Positions 27,400-40,531 are shown, counted from the first letter of the stretch. The stretch: 64,000 nucleotides of DNA from the human T2T-CHM13v2.0 reference genome, Homo sapiens (GCF_009914755.1 NC_060942.1); one strand, 5' to 3'. The notes: generated from the letters alone by a model not told the origin. Program-made: numbers and translations.

Positions 27400-27857
27400 T
27401 ATCACGGTGAGCCTCCAGGGGACCCCCCACCCCGTGGCATCCATATTTGTGACCCTCTACCACACTGAGTAGGGCTGACTGCCGAAGTGAGTGAGGGCAA
27501 CCGGGCCATGAAGCTACCCCAGCTTCTGCCTCACTCTAACTTAGCTCCTGGCTCCGGGGGAGGCCAGAGGACACCCCAGCACCGCTAGAGAGACACAGGG
27601 ATGGTGAGGAATGGGACATCCAACAGTAGCCCTCCAGGTGACCCCCTCGAAGCAGATCCTGGCTAAGCCTCCGATGGCTGCAGTCTGGCCAGCATGTTGA
27701 TAGCAGCTTCCCCAAAGAGCTGCTCCAGAATCACAGGTTCAGCTGATCCCAAACCTGTGACCCACAGAAACGAACGAGAAGACAGCTATTCATCATCGCT
27801 GTTTTGGCACGTCGTGTCTGGGGGCAGTTTGTTGAGCAGCCGTCCAAGGCTAAAGCA
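27400..27857 (+). mobile_element. MLT1E/F-like MaLR solo LTR
   Basis: 'ggggaggccag...atggtgaggaa...gaagcagatcct...aagcctccgatggctgcagtctggcc...tgacccacagaaac...ggggcagtttgttgagcagc'. Confidence 0.65.
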
Positions 27858-28290
27858 CAGGCCGCACATTCTCATATCATTCCCATCTGAGGCCGGTGCC
27901 AGGGACCACCCAGGCCCGGGCCGCTCATCCCAAGGGGCTGTGTGTCTGTGTCCCAAGAAGGGGGGACTCCATTCCTGCCCTCCCTACTTCCCCACACCCA
28001 GCTTCCCCCTGCACCCTGGAGCTCGCAGGCTTTTATGAGCTAAATTCCCTTCATCCAGAACCTCTTCCTCAAATTATTCACCTTCTCACGCTGGCGAAAA
28101 CCTGGTGTTCAGCTGAAGACCCGGCTCTTCCTGGACTGGCTTCTCCCATCACTCCTGTCACTCCCCTTTCCTACCCCTACGCATTTCTACCCTGTTATCT
28201 TTTCTTCTTGGTTGAGCCTCTAGCTTTGAAAAGTATGCCATTCACTTCACCACCTACCAAGTCACACTTCTTCCTGAAGACCTTACCCCT

Positions 28291-28881
28291 GGTCCCCATG
28301 AACTTCCTCCCGTGTTACTTGTATTATATGCGTGGGGTCACCATGAACTTCCTCCCGTATTGTTTCTATAATATGCGTGGAGTCGCCATGAACTTCCTCC
28401 CGTGTTGCTTCTATAATATGCGTGGGGTCGCCATGAACTTCCTCCCGTATTGTTTCCATAATATGCGTGGGGTCGCCATGAACTTCCTCCCGTGTTGCTT
28501 CCATAATATGCGTGGGGTCGCCATGAACTTCCTCCCGTGTTGTTTCTATAATATGCGTGGAGTCGCCATGAACTTCCTCCCGTGTTGCTTCTATAATATG
28601 CGTGGGGTCGCCATGAACTTCCTCCCGTATTGCTTCCATAATATGCGTGGGGTCGCCATGAACTTCCTCCCGTGTTGCTTCCATAATATGCGTGGGGTCG
28701 CCATGAACTTCCTCCCGTGTTGCTTCTATAATACGCGTGGAGTTACCATGAACTTCCTCCCGTATTGCTTCTATAATACGCGTGGGGTCACCATGAACTT
28801 CCTCCTGTGTTGCTTCTATAATATGCGTGGGGTCGCCATGAACTTCCTCTCATATTGCTTCTATAATATTTGTGGGGGTCA
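28291..28881 (+). repeat. Minisatellite, 45-bp unit, 13 copies
   Basis: Unit CCATGAACTTCCTCCCGTGTTGCTTCTATAATATGCGTGGGGTCG in exact 45-bp register from 28296. Confidence 0.98.
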
Positions 28882-29704
28882 CAGGATTCACATAGATGAG
28901 GCGCCCCCCTCTTGATCTCCTAGTTTACAACAACTTAACTTTCTATAACTTAAATTACTGATGAAGATTCCTTTCTGTATTGTGGGGTAATATGATATAC
29001 ATTGGTCACTCCTACAAGGATTTATAAAGCAGTTTGAAATAGGAGGAGATTTGAAATGTTTCAAGCGCAGTCATCTATATGGAGACCCTGCTAAGGAACA
29101 CCTGCAGCTGCACACAGATAAGACGCTGCAGCAAGGAAGGATACCCTCGAGAAGATGGTGCTGCACCCACGGGGCCTCGTGCCTCAGCAGAGCTGTGTGT
29201 GGGCAGGTGGTGTAGAATGGGACTCCAGTGTAGCACGGCATGCAAGAGTGGACGCCCTGATGCTGCCCCCACGGACTCTGAGCACACACTTTACTGTTCT
29301 GTTCTCGAAAGTCGCGCTCCTGAATCCTCACCTGGCTGCTCTGAGTCCTCCTCTCCTCAGACCTCCTCAGTGGGCACCAGTCCTCGATTTCAACTTCTCA
29401 GAGAAACTGTGTTGGCACCACCTATTAGGGTCATCTCTGCTCATGCTCCTTCTGAGTCGCCTCATGCTGAACAGCTCAGGAATAAAGGAAAGAACAAAAT
29501 ATCAACTGAGCAAAATGGTGAGAGACCTCCCTGGCAAAGATCAGGCCCCCCAGCAGCCTGCACATCCAAAATATGGTAAGCCCTGGCTGCATGTTTCAGA
29601 CCAAAGATCAGGATCCCAGCCCCAGTGTGGGCTGGTGCTCTGCCAAAAAGGGCCTGCTGCTTATGAAGGTGAACATAGGATTTTGGCAAGAGAAAAAACA
29701 ACAG

Positions 29705-29880
29705 CAGGGGCTCTCAAACACCCCCACACCAACCAAGGAGCATTAGGCAATATTTGGGGGTGTTGAAAAAATGGTTGCCACAACTGGAATAGAGGGATGC
29801 TGCTGTCTTGTATGGGGAGGTCAGGGACATGGCTACACCCTGACCAGGACGGTCCCTGCCACAGAGAATTAACCAGCCGG
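29705..29880 (+). mobile_element. MER20-like hAT-Charlie relic
   Basis: 'caggggctctcaaac...cattaggcaatatttggggg...ggttgccacaactgg...gatgctgctg...gaggtcagggac...acagagaattaaccagcc'. Confidence 0.65.
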
Positions 29881-30169
29881 GAAAGCAGGAAAGGTGGGTA
29901 AGCAGAATGGTGAGATTAATTAGAGGTGCAAATAGAAAGACTGATGATTGATATTTGAAGTCTTAAAGGCATTATGTAGTCTAAAGATGGTAGATACTGG
30001 ACTCAGTTTCCACTCTCTGAGCATTACATAGACTTCTCAAATGTCACATACGCACGCTCACTAGGTGAACACCAACCTCAGTGAGAGGCTCCTGGGGATG
30101 CAGGAGTCATGAATTCAACGGGAATGAGACAATCACAACAAAAACCCTCACTGAACTCGAATTCAAAAA

Positions 30170-30478
30170 GCTCCAAAAGGTGCTCAACATCAGTAAAGGT
30201 CGGAGACACGAAGGAAAACCACACTGAGTAAACTGGCACACCCATTAGGATGGCAACTATTAAAAACACAAAAACAGAAAGGAGCAAGTGTTGCAAAGGT
30301 GTGGAGAACTGGAGGCCTGGTGTCCCGCAGGGGTGCTGTCAGACGCGGCCGTGGCTGGGGAGGATCCCATGGAGCTCTGTTTCACAGCCCTGCGAATACA
30401 CTTCATGCTACTAAGATGCACTGAAAACTGGTTCAGCTGTTAAGATTTATGTTATGTATTTTTTAGCATAATAAAAAT
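30170..30478 (+). mobile_element. L1M (L1MB-like) fragment with internal deletion
   Basis: ORF2-end motif 'aggtgctcaacatca...cacacccattaggatggcaactattaaaaa...caagtgttgcaaaggtgtggaga' joined to the terminal 'tttatgttatgtattttttagcataataaaaa'. Confidence 0.7.
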
Positions 30479-30537
30479 ACGCTCCTCATTTGATGAAGAT
30501 GAAAAATAACATTAGAGACCTAAAACACTTTAGGTAG

Positions 30538-30897
<360 letters not shown>

Positions 30898-31358
30898 AGG
30901 AATCACTTTTTTATTCATTTGACAAATCTTTGTAGAGTGGCAGCAGTTTTAGGTCACTGTGTTTTGCACTAGAAATATCATCATCAAATGAAAAGGACTT
31001 TTTTCTGTCTTTAAGAACTTACAGTCCTGTACGTGGGTGGGACTTTGTATAACCATCTCCCACATATTCACTTAAACGTGGGGCAAGTGCTAGCAGAGGA
31101 GAGGACTAGAGCAGTAGGGCAGCTGGCACCAGACAGATCCTATAAGCTGGGATGTGGAGAGTTACTAGGATGAAAGTAAAGGTGGGAAAGGGAAGAATGG
31201 AGGTCGAGGGCATTCGAGATGAAGGAATCTGTAGCACAAGGTTCCAGAGTAGGGGACCACAGGGCTGTGGAGTACGGAGATAAGGCTGGGGTATCCTGGC
31301 CAAGGGTAAAAGTGGTACAAAATGAAATCACTGAGCTCAGAAGAGCCTGCTCTAGGTC

Positions 31359-31830
31359 CATAAAGACACATGCACGTGTGTGGTCATCACAGCATAAAGA
31401 CACTTGCATGTGTATGTCTGTTGGAGCATAAAGACACAGGCACCTGTGTTTCCACAGCATAAAGACACAGGCATGTGTATGTCCACCGCAGCATAAAGAC
31501 ACAGGCACCTGTGTGTCCGCAGCATAAAGACACAGGCATGTGTGTGTCCACCGCAGCATAAAGACACAGGCACATGTGTGTCCGTCACAGCGTAAGGACA
31601 CAGGCACGTGTGTGTCCATTGCAGTATAAAGACACGTGCACATGAGTGTCCATGGCAGCATAAAGACTCATGCACACATAAGTCCATCACAGCATAAAGA
31701 CACTTGCATGTGTGTGTCCGTCAGAGCATAAACACACATGCACATGTGTGTTCATCACAGTATAAAGACACATGCACACATATGTCCATCACAGCATAAA
31801 GACACTTGCATGCATATGTCTGTCACAGCA
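31359..31830 (+). repeat. ~34-bp minisatellite, about 14 diverged copies, L1-derived
   Basis: Unit CATAAAGACACA(T/G)GCA(C/T)(A/G)TGTGTGTCCATCACAG; the last copy runs straight into L1 sequence. Confidence 0.93.
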
Positions 31831-32262
31831 CTTTTCACAATAGCAAAATCATGGAATCACCCTAAATGTCCATCAACAGAAGATTGGGTGCAGAAAATGT
31901 GGTACATATACACCATGGAATACTACATAGCCATGAAGAAGAACAAAATTATGTCCTCTTCAGTAACATGGGAGGAACCAGAGGCCATTATCCTTAGAAA
32001 CCTAATCCAGGAACAGAAAATCAAATACTGTACATTCTCACAAATGGGAGCTAAGCTTTGACTATTCATAGACACGGGTACTGGAGGGTGGAGGGTGGGA
32101 AGAGAAAGAGGAGTGGCAAACTATCTATTAGGTACTAGGCTTATTACCTGGATGACAAAATATTCTGTACACCAAACTGTGACACACAAGTTACCTATAT
32201 CACAAGCCTGCACATGTACCTCTGAAACTGAAATAAAATTTAAGAATAAATAATAAATTTAA
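31795..32262 (+). mobile_element. Old primate L1 (late L1PA/L1PB-type) 3' end
   Basis: 'cacaatagcaaaatcatggaatcaccctaaatgtccatcaacaga...aaaatgtggtacatatacaccatggaatactac...cctgcacatgtacctctgaaactgaaataaaa' plus A-rich tail. Confidence 0.92.
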
Positions 32263-34601
32263 ATAACTAGGGGAGAAAAGAATGTTGGGCTTTATCTTAA
32301 GAAATGGGCAAGCCATTGAAGGTTTTTAAGCAAAGCAGAGGTGTGAACAGGCTTACCTTTTTACCAGGGAATTCCCTGTTAGCAGGGAGGAGACCAGAAC
32401 GGCGGTGTGCGTGAGAATTGGGGTGTGCAGCAGGCAGACGTGAATGAGGAGAGAACATCGTGGAGGCTGCCGTGTGCCTGCAGAAGCCTCTCACAGGTTC
32501 CCAGTGACTCAGTTCAAGGTTTTATGCTTATAGAAGCTTCAAACTTTCCTCTAGAAGCGGGGACAGAGTCCTGGTTAGTGGGATTCCTCATATGAAATGC
32601 ACATCTCAAGAGAGCACGATCACTTCCAAATAGAGGCTTTCGGGAGAGAATTTTAAAATAGATTTTTGCCTTCATTATAAATTCCCGATTCACAATTCAA
32701 TTACATACTTTCCTTTTCTGGGAAGTAACAAGCTTCTTTTGTTTTACATTTTCCCTTAGAGTTTTAAGTGTGTTTTGATCATTTGTAGACGTTTGTAAGG
32801 AAGGGCAGGATAGACGTCTGGGTCTTTGTCACAGTGAAGGATCCTGGTCAGGAGCTCTTGGCATTCCCATGCCTTCCTAGAGCGACTTTTCCGCAGCTGT
32901 TGCCTGGTGCTGCCACCATAGAGGAGAGTCCGCCCTCTTGCAGTGGTGTCCAAGCAGGACAGTTGGCTATGGGCGTGTGCTGAGTCTGCAGCCCAAAGCT
33001 GGCACTGGAAGAGCCAGGGGCAGGTGAGACGTGGGCCAGAATCAGCAACCTCCCTGTGGGCTAACTTTGAACCCCTGCAGACAACATCTGGTGCTATGCC
33101 TTAGAGAAGCCTGCAGGAGCCAACACTGAGACATTCACTTAGGTTTGAAACACAAAGTTGCCACCGTCCGTGCCACCAAATGCTCTGTTAGGATGCAGGA
33201 CTGTCCGCTGTGACTCCCTCTGCATTTTCCCACAGGTTTTATTCTCTCCACTTGTCTTCAGTTGCTCACTGAGGTCCTCTGGCAGAGACAGCGTGCACAG
33301 ACCCAGGAAAGCTTGGCGGGTGGGTGGAAGGACCCTCTGTGGGACAGCCGCTTCTCGGGATGCTGGGATGGTGCCCTCCAGACCCTGGTTTCCCTCAGAA
33401 GGCTCCCCGTGCCCCTTCCTCTGGGAGCTGGGTTTGCTCGTCACTGTGGAGGCCACGTGTACACTATGCTTCTGGGGTGCCCCTCATGTCTCAGCTGTCC
33501 CCTCTCAACTGTGGGCGCTTTGAAAGTGGGGCTCATGCTTTACTGATTTTTCTATCTCCAGTGCATTCTTGTAATTGACATGCAACGTAACTTTAAAGCA
33601 ATAGTTTAAAAATTCATCTATCAGAAGATATCAAGGCCTAACATAAATTTTAGCAACCCTCCAAATCTCATATATTTTTTAAGAATTTCTGCATTCATCG
33701 CATTGCTATGATTTCACATTTTCTGCCCACCATGTGTAGCCCTGCAATTTGCTTGTTCTGGCCCACAGTAGATAAACCTGGTCTGCCAAGTTTTCTCAAA
33801 TCTTCTTATCTAAAATCTTATTCAATCACTCAGAAAGTAGAAATATTTACTCCAACAAAAATAACACGAGCCCGCTCCCTTCCTACCAAGGGATCATTTC
33901 TCCTGAGTATTTTGACATTAACAATTTTAAAAGATGAACAAATTTCCCAAAATTCTTTAAAAAGTTAGTAGCTTGTCATGTTTGACACTACTGAGATGCA
34001 CATCCCCTCTGAAACAGATTGGCCAAATCCTCAGGCAGCAGAGGAATTCGAGTGGAGGCCTGAAAGGCAGGCTTCGGACTAAGGTAAGAGTTCAAGTCAC
34101 TGAGACCTGAGCCCATATTGAAATCGAAGCTGTGTTTCTTCAGCACCTACGCACCCTAAATCTGTGCGCGCACGAAGCTCCGTGGCCGTCCCACACCAGC
34201 CTCTGCTCATCCCTCCCCCGCCCGGAGCACTTGGGGTGACTGCCCGCTCACTGCTCAGCTGGGAGAGGAAGTCCGCCATCTGGGCCCTACACCCTCATGG
34301 AATGTGCCTCTCCCTCCAGCACCCCCGCCATACTCCTACAATAAATGTGTTTTTCTAATCATAATTGAAAACAGTTAAAAATGAAATAGAAAATGCAAAG
34401 GATTTTTGGCTAACTTTTTTCAGCCTATTAATATTTTCCTAAGCAAGATTTAATTCAAGGGCACATTAAACGGATTCAGTAAATGACTGTGTGGTATATT
34501 AACGGTAATACAAACACCAGGCATGGACAAGCTGCAAGACTTCTTTAGTGAATGCACAATATCCAATGAAACTGGAGCAGGAAGGCTTGTTACTATCATT
34601 C

Positions 34602-35127
34602 TGTGTGGTATATGTCTGTATGGGTGTGTAGGGGTGTGTTTGTGTGTGCCTGTGGGGGATGTGTTTGAGTGCGTGTATATGCATGTACCTGTGTGTCTGT
34701 GTGTGCATGTGTTTCTGTGTGCATAGTTGTGTGTGGGTGTGTATGTGTCTCTGTGTAGAGATGTGTGTGTTTGTGTGCATGTGTGCACATGGATGTGTTG
34801 CATGTGAACATGTGTGTGTCATGTATTTTTGTGTGTGTCTTGTGCGAGGCGTGTGTCTACATCTGTGTGTATGTGCGTACTTGTGTATTGTGTGTTTACA
34901 TGTGCACGTGTGTAGATGTATATGTGTATTGCATGTATGTGTGTGTGCGCTGCATGTGTATGTGCGTATGTGTTTGCATGTGCAGGTTTATATGCTTGTG
35001 CATATATGTACGTATGTTTTTGTGGGTGCATTTGTGTGTGTGTTGTGAGTGCCTGTGTATGTGTGTGTGCATGAATATTTGGGTGTGGGGACATGTGCAT
35101 TGCGCATGTGTGTGTGCCTGTTTGTGA
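34602..35127 (+). repeat. Degenerate (TG/CA/TA)n purine-pyrimidine tract
   Basis: About 520 bp of tgtg/tgca/tatg; source of the Cys/Val-rich and His/Thr-rich ORFs. Confidence 0.95.
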
Positions 35128-37219
35128 GCGCTGACACTATTTGCCCTGCCCGTTGATCGTCTCCCTTCCCTGGTCTCAGATACTCACTTGTTCCTCTCCT
35201 AAGATACCTGTCTGCACCATGATTTCTATGGGCTTACTTCATTACCATATATCATCCGGTTCAAAGTCAAACCTCATCAATTAAAGACCAAAAAATAAAA
35301 CAGCAAAGTGGCTAGCTGCACTCCTTCTGAGTAAATGACAATTAGCAAATAGACAATCCTTCATTGTTTCCTTCATTAACAGAAAATAGTACACTGGGCT
35401 ACTTGGAGGATTTTTGGTTAATCGGTGGCATCCATCTGCAGCCTTTGTTTAGCAGGTCTGTGCGGCTCTCCTCTCCGGCACGAGCATGTTTATCGTGGTC
35501 TCCTGAAAGCCCAGAAGCCCATAGGTCAGAGAACAGCGTTTTGATGGATTATAGGATTGTAACTGTCCCTGCCAGTTGACAGCTTTTATTGGCTGGGAGG
35601 ATGAGCCTGTAAACCTTTATATAATTATTGTATTAAAGGCACTGTGCCTCTGTGTTGCTGGCGCTTGTTCAGGGATCAATGTGGAGATAATTTCAAAAAT
35701 GAATAGTAAGTATTGATCGTCCCATGGTGGGGCCTTATCAGCGGCTGAGGCCGAGGGCTGCAGACTATAACTTCAATGTCATTTATGATGATATGATGTG
35801 CATTGCCGGGGAGCAATTTCAACAAAGGGCTGATTTAATTCGCAGCGGATTTTTGTAGTGTGATGGGTAATAAATCACAATCTATGTAATTTTTAGAAAT
35901 GAACACATGTTGGCAGTAGTTCAGGGCAGTTCCTAAGAGATCTGAAAATGACCAGGGAGGGGAAATATCAGCCGAGAACCCCCTCTGAATGATTGGGCTT
36001 TGCTTGATTCTGGCATTCACATGACCTTGGGGTCCCTGCTGGCAGCTGCTGGTTAATTTTCTTCACTGAGGACACAGTTTAACTTTCTATCTGTCTGCCA
36101 ATTACCTGACATTTTCAACTTATCACCTTCTATTTTTTAAATGATTGGAGGCACATCCACATTTTGACATTTTTTTTAAAGCAAGTATTCGTTCTGTTGC
36201 TGCAGAGGCATCTCTCTGCCATTCTGCTGTGGTAGCCCTCTTCTATTTCCCCTCACGAAAATTAACATCAGTTTACATAACCACATAAAGAGACAATTCG
36301 GGCATTTTATTGTAATTTTCAATACTTCCTTGGTTAGATGCTGCCAACTTCTAAATTTCAACCTTAGCCATAGACTCATGCATGGAAACTCACAAATCGT
36401 CTCTTAGGAAATTATACTCAGTGGTCCTTGTTTGAAGAAGGTTCTACCCTTTAAAAATAAATCATTTTAAAGTAAATCATTAAGGAATACTGGAACAACA
36501 TGAACAGATTCATTAAGCCCTCTAAAATTAGAAAAAATGAAGCAACAGTCATGAATTGTAACTTGTTGATTTCAGTTATTATAATACTAACAGTATATTT
36601 TATATCCATTCATTTCAGAGGAAGCAAATTTTGATACTTCAAGGATATTGGATGCAGATCCCTAGGAAAGAGTATTACAGGATTAGAAAACTAAAAATAG
36701 AATCCAGGCTGGGTCTGCAAAAGGCGCAATAGTTCTCCCAGGTTCCCACCGATGCTGATGTGGAATCTCAACGCCAGTGCCCCTGTGCCGGGGCCGCATC
36801 TGTCACCGTGCGCCCCCGTCTAAGCGTCGTTTAACTGGGGGAGGAACAGGTAAATTAGAGAATCTTATATCCAAGGCCAGGTTTTGTACTACATGACTCA
36901 GACTCAGTGAGCGAGGGCGTGTTCTTGGAGGGCAGATTTCCCAGCCTATGGATTTATAACCCTTCCTCCATGACCTGGGATTCTGCGGCTTCAACTTAGA
37001 GCTCACAGGCCTGAGCCCCCGAGAGCCCAAAATTAGAAAACATCTTGTGTGATACTATCTCTTGATTGCCTGGTTCGTTGTTTTTACATTTTTAGTCTTT
37101 CTTATTTTCTAAAAATAATCGTGAAGCCCTAACCTTTCCCCTCTCACATCAATTCATGGTGAAAACACTTTCATTGTATTTCAGATAGTTTACCCCTACC
37201 ATTTTTTAAAACGTGTTGC

Positions 37220-37433
37220 ACAAACCGGGGCCTGCTGGGGGGTGGGAGGCAAGGGAAGGGGGAGCATTAGGACAAATACCTAATGCATTCATGCATGTAG
37301 GGCTTAAAACCTAGATGACGGGTTGACGGGTGCAGCAAACCACCATGGCACATGTATACCTGTGTAACAAACCTGCACGTTCAGCACATGTATCCCAGAA
37401 CTTAAAATAAAATTAAAAAAACAAAAACAAAAA
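37220..37433 (+). mobile_element. Short 5'-truncated L1PA (PA7/PA8-like) 3' end
   Basis: 'ggggcctgctgggggg...gcattaggacaaatacctaatgca...ggcttaaaacctagatgacgggttga...cccagaacttaaaataaa' plus A tail; degenerate TSD aaaacgtgttgc / aaaacatgtgctgc. Confidence 0.92.
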
Positions 37434-38049
37434 CATGTGCTGCCCTCACAGTGCCCGTGAGTGAGTGTGCTCATTCTGCTCATCCACCCAACACTTAGTT
37501 TACTTGCAAATACAGGACTTAATACTTATGATGTCACAGACACCCCCCAACACACACACCCAGTCTGTATCTCTCAATCTCTCAAGGCGGCTTCCTCCCT
37601 CTTCTTCACTGCGTTTCTCTCTTACCTTATGGAGAACACTTTTCCTACCTTTCATTTTTCCTCTTCAATTTTTCCCTAACCTCGTCATACAAAAAAAAAA
37701 ACCCTCCCCCAACCCTCACCAATATATTACAACCAAATTATATGTAAAAGATCTGAATGGAACCTCTGTCATCTTGGGAACAGCATATGGATTCCAATAA
37801 TAAGTCACAATTTCTATCCTCTGCCCCAACCTGTGCTATGTAAGGCTCCTGCCTACAAAAACTCCACTTCCCAAAACTCAGTTTCCTTCGGTTCCATGTG
37901 GTGCCCAGGAATGTTTGCTCTGCGCCTACAATGGCTTCCTCTGAAGACACTTCTAAGAGAGATGGCTTTTCCTTCACATAAGGATATTGCATCCTCTAGC
38001 TTCGATGTTTGACTTACAGTCTACATTTTGCCATTTGGCATAAAAATGT

Positions 38050-38500
38050 TGAAATAAACTTAACACAACAGACATTTATCCAGCCCCTACTCTACGCGGA
38101 GCATGATGCCAAATCCTCGAGGCACAAAGATCCTAGGATTAAGCCTCTATCTGTAAGGAGCTCCTAGCACAGAACATAAGAGGCACATGACAGTGGGTCC
38201 ATTTCAACCCGTTACTGGGAATATAGCAGTAGGAGTGCCGGATACAGAGGGTCCAGGGCCCCGGGGTCAATGGCATTGACATCCAGCTGCAGTCCCACAT
38301 AGGGCTTCTCAGAGAAGACGGTGGCTGAACCAGGGGCGAACAAGGATGCGTCAGGGTGCGCTAGGTGCACATACGTCTAGTTAAGAGGAGCAGCGTGTAC
38401 AAAGATGTGAAGCTATGAAACAGTCTGCGGAAGGCGGGGGAAAGTTTTGGGAGTGAGGGAAGGGGAGGCTGGGAAACAGGAACCAGTACTGGAATGTGTA
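38050..38500. mobile_element. L2 fragment
   Basis: 'caacagacatttatccagcccctactct...cacaaagat...cctctatctgtaaggagctc...gggcttctcagagaagacggtggctgaac...cagcgtgtacaaag'. Confidence 0.55.
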
Positions 38501-39109
38501 AAAATGGTAGAAATAATGTTCAAGGACAAGGGTTACTTTTAATCCCACAGCTTCCATATTCTACTCTTCTGATGAATTATCCATTTAATAGCTTCCTAAG
38601 TAATCATTTTAGAAAGTTATACCAATAAAATACTCTAGTCTTTCAATTTTCCCCAATGTAAGACCTCATTACCTCCTGTAATAAGAGTACAGTGACATTC
38701 TCAGCACTGTACTGTACTTAAGAGCCAGTGTACGTTTCATGAAGAAGATGCCTTTCAAGTTGTGAGTTTCCTAATGTTTCTACGATTTCATTTCTAATGT
38801 TATAATTAATTGATTTTCAACTTAAATGTGGTATTTCCTCTCTACAATTAGAAATGTGAAATATAAGAAAAAACTTACATTGTATGCTTTTTATGTGTGG
38901 TTCATTTTGGTTTGCACTAATTTCAATATATTTTTGATAATGCTGTCCTGGTAGAACATATAAGAGGAAAATACCTGTCCTGAAGCATTTATCGGATTTT
39001 AACAATTATAGTAATTAAATTTTAAAGCATGACCATAAGTTAGAAAGAAATAAAAAGTTGATATCCTTCAAATGACTTAATTTGTATTAATGATAATCAT
39101 ATTATATGA

Positions 39110-39415
39110 TGTTTTATTTTACTTATTTTTTTCTTTTTTTGAGATGAGGTCTCATTCTGTCACCCAGGCTGGTATGCAGTGGTGTGATCTCGGTTCACTG
39201 CAACCTCCACCTTCTGGACTCAATTGATCCTCCTGCCTTAGCCTCCCCAGTAGCTGACACTACAGGCATGTGCCACCATGCCCAGCTAATTTTTGTACTT
39301 TTTGTGGAGACGACCATGTTCCCCAGGCTGGTCTCAAACTCCTGAGCTCAAGCAATCCTCTCACCTTAGCCTCCCAAAGTGCTGGGATTACAGGCATGAG
39401 CCACCGCACCCAACC
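39110..39415 (-). mobile_element. Full-length AluJ (Jb-like)
   Basis: 'gaggtctcattctgtcacccaggct...ggactcaattgatcctcc...ctcctgagctcaagcaatcctc' J diagnostics; small internal deletion. Confidence 0.93.
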
Positions 39416-39519
39416 AGCATTTTGTTTTTAAATATTGTAGTTTCTGTTATCTTTGCAATGAAGATGTGAAAGGAAACATTATCTTATTCATATATTAATA
39501 TTATTAATAAGAATAATCC

Positions 39520-39735
39520 TCATTTATTAAATATTTCTGAATATGGAGCAGACACAGTGACAACATTTTGCATGTATGAGCTCACTTGGTCTTTCGGTCA
39601 CTCTGAGACAGTTGCTTTTACATCCCCGTTTTGCAGATGAGGTTACAGAACATACCATCCCTCCAAGCCCACGCAGCTCGGTGAAGTGAAGTGAAGCAAG
39701 AGTCCAGCTCAGGTCTGGGTCCAAAGCTCATGTCT
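39520..39735 (-). mobile_element. MIR SINE
   Basis: 'catccccgttttgcagatgaggttacaga...cccacgcagct...ccagctcaggtctgggtccaaagctcatg'. Confidence 0.7.
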
Positions 39736-39979
39736 CAAAATTAATCAGGCTCTACAAAAGACATTGGTTCCCTAAGTGAATTACATCCTAAACAATTTTA
39801 AAGAATTAAGAATATATTCTGCTTTTTTTTTTTTTGAGATCTTGAGCTAAGAAGACTTTATTACGCTTCCACATTCTCTATTCTGAAAATATCTACTATC
39901 ATATTTGGGGAAAAGAACAATAAAATTTTACCTTATGTTTACATGAGAAGGTTAAATATTTTAACTTTATCCACACCTC

Positions 39980-40531
39980 TGACAGTCTTGGACTTCACCT
40001 GAGCCCTGTGATCCTGGAAAATGGTGAAGGGTAAGAAATCTCACCGTGGTGTTCCTGCAAACAGCTCACTACAAGGTGCCGCCCGCCCCATGCGGCTTAG
40101 GTGAGATCCAGACGAGTCCCTCGAACTCCGTGCCTCATGCATGATTAGCTGTATCGCTTGTTCCCGCTGATGTGTCAGACGTCATGCTTGTGAGTCAAAC
40201 ACAGGCCAAGCTTTCCACCTTCTCCAGGTCCCCACACACAGTCTGAGCCCCATAGACAGCCCTGTCACCAGCCCCTCCTGAGAACAGACCAACCTCGAGG
40301 GAAAGCATTTCCGGACCTGCACACCCAGTTTATCTAGCTCTGTTCACTTCTCCTTAGAAAAGAAAAACCCTTTTCCTAATCCTTGGGAGACATGCAGACT
40401 TTACGGGTGGAGACTTCTCCCCGTGGCAATGACCTCCTCCCTCTGTGGCCATAGTCACTTTCTCTCCTTTGCAATAACCCTGCTGAATATCGTCTCTCTT
40501 TGCCCAGTCTGAGTTTATTTCTTACTGGACA
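39980..40531 (+). mobile_element. ERV1 (MER4-group-like) solo LTR
   Basis: TG...CA-bounded ~550-bp segment with 'cttcacctgagccctgtgatcctggaaa', a TATA-like 'tagaaaagaaaaaccctttt' and repeated 'gcaat' motifs before a degenerate poly(A) signal. Exact family uncertain. Confidence 0.6.

Noticed and set aside
28291-28881. CRISPR-like appearance of the regular arrays (also 18898-19713 and 31359-31830)
   Set aside because: Units are head-to-tail without unique spacers, no cas genes are present, and the DNA is primate.
27896-28915. 339-aa ORF with Cys-Cys repeats as a real gene
   Set aside because: It starts at GTG, more than half is the 45-bp VNTR, and the rest resembles no protein family I recognise.
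29079-29766. Overlapping 166-aa and 203-aa ORFs, with a GTAAG donor-like site near 29576
   Set aside because: No homology recognised and the longer ORF runs into a MER20-like relic. A lncRNA exon cannot be excluded but is unsupported.
31738-32061. ORF resembling the L1 ORF2 C-terminus (ALFTIAKSWNHPKCPS...)
   Set aside because: Real similarity, but only a fragment of a dead 5'-truncated L1, already listed as a mobile element.
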